Shown: piece after piece, positions 33,233 through 41,801 of the stretch
How positions within the stretch are numbered: position 1 is the first letter of the stretch
Layout of the letters: each line of letters opens with the position of its first letter
Assembly (NCBI RefSeq): GCF_001194135.2
Contig: NC_068988.1
Coordinates: forward strand, 91,725,637-91,767,437
DNA: 41,801 nucleotides
DNA from: Octopus bimaculoides
Lineage: Eukaryota
Direction of reading: 5' to 3'
The notes under the pieces: model-generated
The model's database searches: none
Seen by the model: the letters and a program-made list of their open reading frames with translations, nothing else
Told to the model about the DNA's origin: nothing
Translations under genes and position numbers: made by a program

Positions 33233-33296
33233 TGTATGTATGTATGTATGTATGTATGTATGTATGTATGTATGTATGTATGTATGTATGTATGTG

Positions 33297-33543
33297 TGGA
33301 TCTGGAGGCTAGAAAAATACAAGAGAAAGAGGACATCTATAGACCATTGATAAGGAGTTTTCAAATCTAGTACCCATAATGCACCTTTAGATTCATACCT
33401 ATTACTACTGGAGCAACAAGATATGTGCCAAGAACTTGGGTACTGATGGAGGGAATGCAGCTCCTTGATTCATACTCTACGAATGATCTCGATGCCTGGA
33501 ACAATAAAAAACCCGCAAAGATTTCTTAAGATTTAAAGGATAA
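33297..33543 (+). mobile_element. Decayed, divergent REL-family 3' fragment, head-to-head with 32828-33232
   Basis: VDLEARKIQEKEDIYRPLIRSFQI*YP*CTFRFIPITTGATRYVP...GTIK..K.FLRF aligns with DVNIKISEKENTYTELLRNLQLLYPDYKFRFIPVIIEALGYVT. Confidence 0.75.
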
Positions 33544-33764
33544 TAAACAAAACAAGATGCTTTCTTTCACAACCTTGCTACCAAGCAGGTGGCCGGTCAA
33601 AATTAACTCTAAATTAAAAAGAGAAAGAGAACGTACATATCAATGTGGATATCCGGCAAAAAACGAGAAAAGCTCATCATACAAATAATGTGGAGTTATT
33701 TGTTCATTGAAATAATGGCACTTACAAGACTAGTCGTATTTCATTCGAATATCTTATCGTTAGA

Positions 33765-33950
33765 AAGGCCGCCAGCAGGCAGAATCAAAGCATTTCGTTC
33801 GTTTTTGCGTTCTGAGTTCAAATACCGTCAAGGTTAGCTATGCCTTTCGTCCTTCCTGGGTTGATAAAATAAGGACCAGTTGAGCACTGGGGTCAGTGTA
33901 ATCGACTTACCCCTCCCCTGAAGTTGCTGGCCTTGTGCCAAAATTTGAAC
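33765..33950 (+). mobile_element. SINE family A (decayed)
   Basis: GCAGGCAGAATC...TTCTGAGTTCAAAT...GGTTGATAAAATAAGGACCAGTTGAGCACTGGGGTC...GGCCTTGTGCC. Confidence 0.85.
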
Positions 33951-34149
33951 CAATATCCTTAATCATCAGATGTCACAGATGATTTTGATATTTTGTGTAT
34001 GTGTATGTATGTGTGTGTGTATGTATGTATATCTGTGTGTGTGTCACTGTGAGTGTGTGTGTGTATATTTTTGTCCGTATTATAATAAAGACACGAGTTT
34101 ACTTTCATTAAATATTTTTCATATTTTTCATATTCTTTCATTCGTTTTC

Positions 34150-36412
34150 TGAATAAAGTGATGAAAGTGACTTCGTGAAGCCACGACCGCTGCCGCCGAG
34201 GCGATGATCGACTTTGTCCGGAAAAAGGACCAAGACCGGTTTGACGAGTATGATAAAACCATCTCCAGTCTTATCGAACCCAAACTCCGGACGCGCCTGT
34301 CCCATGCCACTGCGGAGAACAAACGAAAACACCAGCAAGCATCAGGGGAATGCTAGCGAGGAATTCGCGAAGTTCCTAACATCTGGTGACAGAGGAAAGC
34401 AAAGGAGTTGCAAAACTATGCGCACCAACGAGACTTGCGGCCCCATAAGGTCATCAGTGGGCGGCCTGGAGAACGCAGCTGGCTCTACTATAACCGACAC
34501 TCAGGGAATCCTCCTTCGCTGGAAGTCCCATTTCAAGGGCCTACTTAACGACCACTCAAGCACTCCTGACGATCTCCTCCAAAACACCCCACAGCTCCCC
34601 ATCCGCCATTGGATGTCCCTGCTGCCCTCACACCATGAGTTCAACAAGGCACTTGCGCGCATGAAGCCGGGGAAAGCTCCAGGACCAGACAACATTCCGT
34701 TTGAGTCTTTCACGTACGGAGGTCTTGAGCTGAGAAATCATCTGATATTCCTTATCCTCAAGATCTGGGAAAGCAAGACCCCCAACGAACGACTTCTGCG
34801 ATGCAACTATCATCAGCATCTACAAGAAAGGAGACCTAGAGGATTGCAACATCTATCGGGGCATCTCACTTTTGAGTATTGCAAGTAAGATCTTCGCCCG
34901 TATCCTACTCAATCGCTTTCACATCCTCGTGGAAGACGTACTCCCTGAGTCACAGTATGGCTTTCGACCCTCTCGAGGCACAATCAACATGATCTTTTAT
35001 GCCCGTCAACACCAGGAGAAGTGTCAGGAACAACAAAGCCTGCAATGTTCATCTTCTGGGATCTAAAGAAAGCCTTTGACAAGGTCCTCTGTCCTGCAAT
35101 GTGGGCCGTCCTTGACCGGTTTGGATGTCCGGGGGACTTCATTGCCCTGGTCCGCTCCCTTCACGATGACATGGTGGGTCGGGTATGCCATCAAAATGCC
35201 CTCACAGACCCGTTTCCCATCACTGGGGGTATTAAGCAAGGATGCGTCCTGGCACCAACCTGTTTCTCTTTGCACATGACCGCTATGTTCAACGAAATCA
35301 CACTAGACTCGCCTTCCATCAGCATGCGCTATCGCTTGGATGGCGGACTCTTCAATCTCGCACGTCTCCGTGCAAAGACGAGGACCTCCGTTATCTCAAT
35401 CCGTGAGATGCAGTACGCCGACGACAATGCCACTCCGATCCGGACCGCAGATGGTCTACAAAGGACGGCCGATCTTTACAACGCGACTTACGAACGCTTC
35501 GGGATGCAGGTAAACACATTAAAGACCAAGACACTGATCCAACCTGCACCAGGCCAGAACAGTCCACCCACAAACATTAAAATCAACGGCCAACCCCTAA
35601 AAGTTGAATACTTCACATACCTTAGAAATATCCTTTCGAAGACCCCCCACGCGTGAAAGGGACGTAAAGAACCGGATTGGGGCTGCCCACTCCGCCTTCG
35701 GCAATCTCAGCCAACTTGTATTCTTCAATCATGCGCTGACCATCCGGACAAAGATCATGGTCTTCTGTGTCATTGTCCTGTCAACTCTACTCTACGCTTG
35801 TGAGACTTGGATGTTGTTCTGCCGTGATTTCAAGCGCCTTGAATGCTTCCAACAATCGAAGCTACGACAGATCCTCAACATACAATGAGCAGATCACGTT
35901 ACCAACAACGAGGTTCTTCGCCGCGCCTCACTACCAAGTGTCGAAGCCACCATTCTACGCCATTGTCTCCGCTGGGTGGGTCACGTCCAGCGTATGGAGC
36001 CCTCTCATCTCCCAAGGATCGTGCTCTACGGAGAACTTGCAATCGGAAGAAGACCCAGAGGAGGTCCGAAATTCCGTTTTAAAGACCAGCTCAAACGGAC
36101 CTTGGCTCAAGTTAACATCCAGCCATCCTCATGGGAATAGATTGGCATGGACAGGACAGCCTGGAGGACTGCTACCCGCAATGGAGCCAGCTCCTTCGAG
36201 CAGAACAGACAACAGAATGGGGAGGCGAAGCGCAGAAGAAAGGAACGTTTTCAGCATCCTTGACCTGCACTGACCATCCCATGCGAGTTCTACCCACGAC
36301 TCTTTCACCACCGACTTGGACTCAAAAGTCACTTTCGACACAAACATCAGCCGAGGAGACTGGATGGAAACTGACGAATCCAATGCTCGGATACGAGCTG
36401 GAGCCGACACGC
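34150..36412 (+). mobile_element. RTE/BovB-like LINE, 5'-truncated, frameshifted
   Basis: RKKDQDRFDE; MKPGKAPGPDNIP; DCNIYRGI; LPESQYGFRPSRGT; DLKKAFDKV; GIKQGCVLAPT; MQYADD; TLLYACETW; RLRWVGHV.RM; C-terminal R...SH..H. No APE domain remains; at least 4 frameshifts. Confidence 0.96.
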
Positions 36413-36489
36413 AGTTACAAGCACATACAGTTATATATAAATTAGCACACTAATATACAAACCATTATACATGGTACACACACAGAGAG

Positions 36490-36695
36490 TTTCAAATTTT
36501 GGCACAAAGTTAATAATTCCGGGGGAGGGGGTAAGTCAATTACGTCAGCCCTCAGTACTCACCTAGTACTTAATCTATCGACCCCAAAAGGATGGAATGT
36601 AGAGTCAACTTTGGCGGAACTCGAACTCAAACGCAAAGACGGATGAAATGCCCGTAAGCACTTTGCCTGGGTAGCCTACGATTCAACCAGCTCAC
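36490..36695 (-). mobile_element. SINE family A (decayed)
   Basis: GGCACAAAG...ATCGACCCCAAAAGGATG...GGCGGAACTCGAACTCA...ATGCCCGTAAGCAC. Confidence 0.82.
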
Positions 36696-37235
36696 AACCA
36701 TANNNNNNNNNNNNNNNNNNNNNNNNNNNNNNNNNNNNNNNNNNNNNNNNNNNNNNNNNNNNNNNNNNNNNNNNNNNNNNNNNNNNNNNNNNNNNNNNNN
36801 NNNNNNNNNNNNNNNNNNNNNNNNNNNNNNNNNNNNNNNNNNNNNNNNNNNNNNNNNNNNNNNNNNNNNNNNNNNNNNNNNNNNNNNNNNNNNNNNNNNN
36901 NNNNNNNNNNNNNNNNNNNNNNNNNNNNNNNNNNNNNNNNNNNNNNNNNNNNNNNNNNNNNNNNNNNNNNNNNNNNNNNNNNNNNNNNNNNNNNNNNNNN
37001 NNNNNNNNNNNNNNNNNNNNNNNNNNNNNNNNNNNNNNNNNNNNNNNNNNNNNNNNNNNNNNNNNNNNNNNNNNNNNNNNNNNNNNNNNNNNNNNNNNNN
37101 NNNNNNNNNNNNNNNNNNNNNNNNNNNNNNNNNNNNNNNNNNNNNNNNNNNNNNNNNNNNNNNNNNNNNNNNNNNNNNNNNNNNNNNNNNNNNNNNNNNN
37201 NNNNNNNNNNNNNNNNNNNNNNNNNNNNNNNNNNN

Positions 37236-37585
37236 GCGGTCATAGGATCGCGGTTTCGATTCCCAGACCGGGCGTTGTGAGTGTTTATTGAGCGAAAACA
37301 CCTAAAGCTCCACGAGGCTCCGGAAGGGGATGGTGGCGAACCCTGCTGTACTCTTCCACCACAACTTTCTCTCACTCTTACTTCCTGTTTCTGTGGTGCG
37401 TGTAATTCAAAGGGTCAGCCTTGTCACACTGTGTCACGTTGAATATCCCCGAGAACTATGTTAAGGGTACACGTGTCTGTGGAGTGCTCAGCCACTTGCA
37501 CGTTAATTTCACGAGCAGGCTGTTCCGTTGATTCGATCAACTGGAACCCTCGACGTCGTAAGCGACGGAGTGCCAACAACAATCG
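37236..37585 (+). mobile_element. tRNA-headed SINE (family E), head cut by gap
   Basis: GCGGTTTCGATTCCCAGACCGGGC B-box-like head, 300-bp body, end at GAGTGCCAACAACAA. Confidence 0.75.
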
Positions 37586-37651
37586 ATTTGAGCGAAGAAC
37601 ATGTTCTATAGTAGTTTTCTTCTTCTTCTTCTTCTTATTATTATTATTATT

Positions 37652-37960
37652 TTGCCTTCTAGTAAGTTTGTTGATAGATGGGTAAATGTTGGAAGAATGG
37701 CCAGTGTGAAAGGACCAATTCTGAGCGTGCACCTATGAGAAATAAACGAAGGGGGTCTTGCCCTGTTGATCAAGCATCCGTGGCTTTTGTGGGGTTTTTT
37801 CCACGAGGACCTTAAAGCGCCTCCCCTATTGGGAGTTTTAATTTGTTCCATTTTATTTGCGCGCTGAAAACCCATTGTATCGTCCCGTTTTCGTCTTTTA
37901 TGTTGTTGCATGTCCTTTAATGTTTTTGTATGCGAACCCTTGTGGCTAATAAAAGAATAA

Positions 37961-37961
<1 letters not shown>
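37652..37961 (+). mobile_element. Probable L1/Tx1-type LINE 3' end between (TTA)n tracts
   Basis: LPSSKFVDRWVNVGRMASVKGPILSVHL* (37652-37738, FxxRW C-terminal motif); T-rich 3' UTR; AATAAA at 37948; (ATT)n to 38007. Confidence 0.5.
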
Positions 37962-38007
<46 letters not shown>

Positions 38008-38399
38008 GTTGCTGTTTTTTTTCCCAATCTTTTATCTCTTTATGGTTGTGCCCTTTTAACATTTGTTTCGAGTACATGGTTTTGACTTAAAAAAAGGACC
38101 TCCTTCATTGTTTTACTCCTTTTCTCATCTGCCTCCCCCACAACACACATTCACACATACTTCCCTCACCCTCACACAATCGTTTCATCTTATAGATCTT
38201 CCTTAGGATCAATAGTCTCGTCTCTCTCATTCTTTCTTTCACTTCCAGGGTTGCTTTCGTTTCCTTGATGTTTTTCACTTTTTTTATTTTATTATTGCAT
38301 TTTTCTTTACTTTTCCATATTCGATCTCCCCCCCCCTTTCTATTTCGTTCAGCAAGGATCCATCGTCTTCTTAAATTCTTTTTGTTAATTTTTTTTTCA

Positions 38400-38735
38400 T
38401 GCACAGGCACAGCTGTGTGGTTAAGCGTTACGACCACTTGACAACCAGTGTTGGTTTGTTTACGTTGCTGAGACAAGTGGTTCGGCAAAAGCGTTCGACA
38501 GAATAAGTAACAGACTTTAAAAAAGAAACAAGCACTGGGGATGATTTGTTCGACTAAACCTCTTCAAGTCGGGGCTCCAGCATGACCTCAGTCCAAAGGC
38601 TGAAACAAGTAAAAAAATAAATGAGAAAAGAAGCAAAAAAATAATTAATTTTGTTTTTTAAACTAAAACCCTTCCAGGCAGTGCTTCAGCATGGCCGCAA
38701 TCTAATAACTGAAACTAGTAAAAGATAAAAAGCGG
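38400..38735 (+). mobile_element. Decayed composite SINE B/C with duplicated tail piece
   Basis: CAGCTGTGTGGTTAAG...GTGGTTCGGCAAAAG...GATAGAATAAGT-like...CTCCAGCATGACC, then a second GCTTCAGCATGGCCGCA tail at 38680-38735. Confidence 0.75.
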
Positions 38736-38789
38736 AAAGATAAAAGCAATTTTCTTTCAACCTTTTCCGCGGGTTTGGAAGCTACGGGA

Positions 38790-38965
38790 TATTTTTATTT
38801 GATTAGGGTCGCCATACCACCAAGTTTCCCTTGATGCTGCTATGGTTACTAAAGTAAATTAGGTTAGTTAGCCTAATGATGTTTTGGATTTACTTCAGTG
38901 GAAAGAATTTCTTGGAGAAGAGTCTGGTTGTGTTTGTATTTAGCATTTATTTCTATTTTACCCTT
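38790..38965 (-). pseudogene. Possible decayed APE endonuclease N-terminus of a LINE
   Basis: Minus frame KYKHNQTLLQEIL...GKLGGMATLIK resembles the LQET and GGVAxLIK motifs; many stops. Confidence 0.35.
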
Positions 38966-39690
38966 TTTTTCTTTTTGTTTCTAGAGATGTTTGATTATTC
39001 GTTGCTTGTGGAAATTGATTCCAGTTTATCGATCTTGTTATGGTCAGTTCTAATTTATTTATTGTTCTTGATAGATTTTTTTCTTTTTGGCATTGCCGAC
39101 AGTGATTAACGTTTTAGTTTTTATTTTCGTTTAGTTATTTTATTGTGTGAGTGTAAAGTAGAGAATATATTTCTGTTGTAGTCGTGTATTTATCTACTTT
39201 TTATTAATTTATTTATTTATGTGTTTGCATGCCTATATTGCAAAAGGTGAACCATAGCATCTTTGGTTGTGGGTTTCCGGCGAGTCATTCACAGACTCAC
39301 TGGATTTCTGCCTGCAAAGGATTTCGTTAAAAATCCCGGTTTTTAAGGTGTCTTTTTTTTAGGTGAGTATATGCGTGCGAATGTGCGTATGTGTATGCAT
39401 GCGCGTACATGTATGTGTATCATCATATATATATCATCATCATTTAATGTTCATTTTCCCTGATGACATATCCATACATACATACAAGCACACACACACA
39501 TACGGATAAATACATATATACATACACATATATGTGTGCATGCGCGCGCGCGTGTTTGTACATACTCGGTATGTACATACTATTATTATTGAACCGGGAG
39601 CTTAACAGCGGTCTTTCTGTAGCACTTACATAGCCTTACCTGCCTTTTGGGTCTTCTGGATACTAAAACATTTCATATTATATATATATA

Positions 39691-39717
39691 CTAGCAGCTA
39701 AGCCCGGTTTCACCCGG
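39691..39717 (-). mobile_element. Orphan Helitron-type 3' terminus
   Basis: Minus: ACCGGGTGAAACCGGGC hairpin, 8 nt, then CTAG|T; same geometry as 13368-13396. Confidence 0.65.
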
Positions 39718-39918
39718 TCTGTTTGGATGATGTGGCTGTCATCGTTTTCGGTTTGGCATAATCTATAACAGCGTTTCTCAATCTTATCATTTCGGGTCCC
39801 CTGTTTCGATTGGAGCCTCCAGCTGTATGAAAATTTCCTGACTCCCCCGCCCTTGTCAGAAAACAGCTTCAGGAGGGGGACCATTGGTAAGGAAAATGAA
39901 AACAGGTAAAGGTTAGAT

Positions 39919-40284
39919 AAGTGGTTCTTAACTGGGGTCCATATGAGCTCTGGAGGTCCATATAAGATTTTGGGGGTCCACACAAGCAAAATAGTAAATC
40001 GGGGACCCGCAGCAGTAGTTTAAGGGTTCTTGAAAGTAGTTTTGCCTTAGATGTATTTATTGCAAGGAGCAGCAAGTGTTTTTTCTCTAACGTTTTACAT
40101 AGTTAAACTACGCGAGTAAATGTGTGAAAAACAAAATAGGAATTTTGAAAAAAGTATCTATAAAACTAATTTTTAAACTTTGAGTGGCGATGGAGATCCA
40201 TCAGTGTAAAATAGTAGTCAAAGTGGTCCTTAGGTAGAAAAAATTAAAAAAAGAAAAAAAGAAAAAATCAGTTGAGAACCACTG
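39919..40284. mobile_element. hAT (Charlie-like) MITE, complete
   Basis: TIRs (A)AGTGGTTCTTAACTG and CAGTTGAGAACCACTG; degenerate 8-bp TSD GGTTAGAT / GGATAGAC. Confidence 0.85.
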
Positions 40285-40537
40285 GGATAGACGAAGATGA
40301 TATTAACAAAAGGGGTGAGAGACAGCAGGAAGTAATAAATGGAAGAGTCGAATAGATGGCACATCGAGATTCTCTATGTGATTGAAAGAAATTGAAATAG
40401 AGGTTTGATGTTAAGACAAAGCTTATCGAATATGTACATGAACAACTTCCGATGAAAAAAGGAAACGACAAGCTGGAACCACTAAACATCTCTAAACATT
40501 TCTAAATTAAAGTGCTTTATTGTTTATAAAACGCACC

Positions 40538-41082
40538 CAGTAGCGTAGCTAATAGCGGAGCAAGGGAAAGCAAGGGAGTGACCGCTCCTCACGAGTGCAT
40601 TTTTCAAAATTGGCGCCTTTTCAACAATTTATTTAAAGTTCTTTAGTTCATTTGTGCGATAAAAATCAAATCTCTTTTTGTTTTGTTAATGGACTTTGAA
40701 GAGCTTTCTGGAGTCATTACTATACTAGACCAGCCTCCCGCGTTTTTGAACTGTCTGCTCAATCTCCTGTGATGTGTTGTGTTGGTGGTCGCTGATATCT
40801 GAAGAACCAAAACAAACCCTGACGTCATAAATTCTTGCCATTGGGCGATCCCGTGGAGTTTCATCTTTTTCACGTCACACTTGTATCAGTAGTTTAAGGC
40901 TTCATACATAATGAGATTGTTACTGAAATAGGAAATTAAGCAATGTAGAGTACAATTACCTATATTACAACTAATGAAATTTTTCTTATAAGAGAACAGA
41001 CTTAAAAATTGTTCGGTGTGTATTACGGCGCCCTTTTTTATGAGCTCACTCCCCCTAACTTTAGGACCTGGCTACGCCTCTG
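40538..41082. mobile_element. hAT (Tip100/Blackjack-like) non-autonomous element
   Basis: TIRs CAGTAGCGTAGCTA and TGGCTACGCCTCTG; subterminal GGCGCC motifs in both arms; degenerate TSD AACGCACC / AATACACT (differences are transitions). Confidence 0.75.
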
Positions 41083-41801
41083 AATACACTATATATAAAA
41101 CGGCAGTTAAGTCAGATTAATTAGGCTTAGTAATCATAAGATCCTTCATTGGCTCGTAGAGTAGTATTTATATTATACGCATGAAATACCTAAATATCTG
41201 AAGTGCGCCGATAATGTCTACAAAATGTACCATAAAACGGTAATTAACTCTGTTTAATTAATCTTAGCCATCGCTTATGTAAAACGATGATTTATTAGTA
41301 AACTGAGTATGTGTAGCATGTCTTTTCTATGTAGTCTTTGTAGAGGAGGTCGCTGTCTGCCTGCATATACAAATTGTTAAGCTATTGGACTTTATTAGCG
41401 GAAGACAAAATTCGATAACTTACTTATATGAATGCACGATTGAGGACGTCATTGTTAGATGAACGTAAAAATTATTGAAAACATATTGCGCCAAGACGTA
41501 AAATGCAACCTGATACCACTTAACCTTACACACTCTGGCTGTTTCCTATTCATGTAGCTTTCGCAATGACAATCGATAATCCTAAATATCAAACAAATAA
41601 AATAAGTTTATTCTCGGTCGATTTATTTGACTACTTGGACTACTGTATGTAGCTTCACAGATGATATTGTTGTAGGAACAATGCTGAAAAGTCACCAAAT
41701 CACCTACGCGGAAATTTTTCCAGTTATAAAACTGTCTTCTAAACTCTAAACTCTTATATAATCTAGATACTTAATTCCGGTGTATATATATATATATATA
41801 T

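Noticed and set aside
34501-36410. Minus-strand ORFs over the RTE element (also + ORFs over the Dong copies at 23244-24457)
   Set aside because: Antisense shadows of retrotransposon ORF2.

Overview
AT-rich, repeat-saturated eukaryotic DNA with about 12 assembly gaps. The tRNA-headed SINE families, microsatellite load and TTAGGG repeats resemble a cephalopod genome, probably Octopus; this is recognition, not a database result. No intact host gene, rRNA, tRNA or CRISPR array is supported, and most ORF-track entries are microsatellite translations, N-spanning frames or antisense shadows. The real coding remnants are all transposon-derived: a Tc1 transposase 3' end, an internally deleted Helitron RepHel with probable both termini, four R4/Dong-like REL pieces, two further REL-type pieces, RTE/BovB-like LINE pieces, and CR1-like, Tx1-like and HERO-like fragments. 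There are also hAT MITEs and more than 20 SINE copies. Two observations stand out. (1) Two unrelated GG-terminated, 8-bp-TSD (Merlin-like) non-autonomous families carry mirror-symmetric telomeric repeat arrays, and one is inserted 2 bp inside the terminus of the other, so the insertion order can be reconstructed. (2) Several non-LTR retroelements sit with both junctions inside particular microsatellites, including a stop-free REL-endonuclease 3' fragment embedded in (CATA)n, a candidate new target specificity. All alignments and counts were done by eye.
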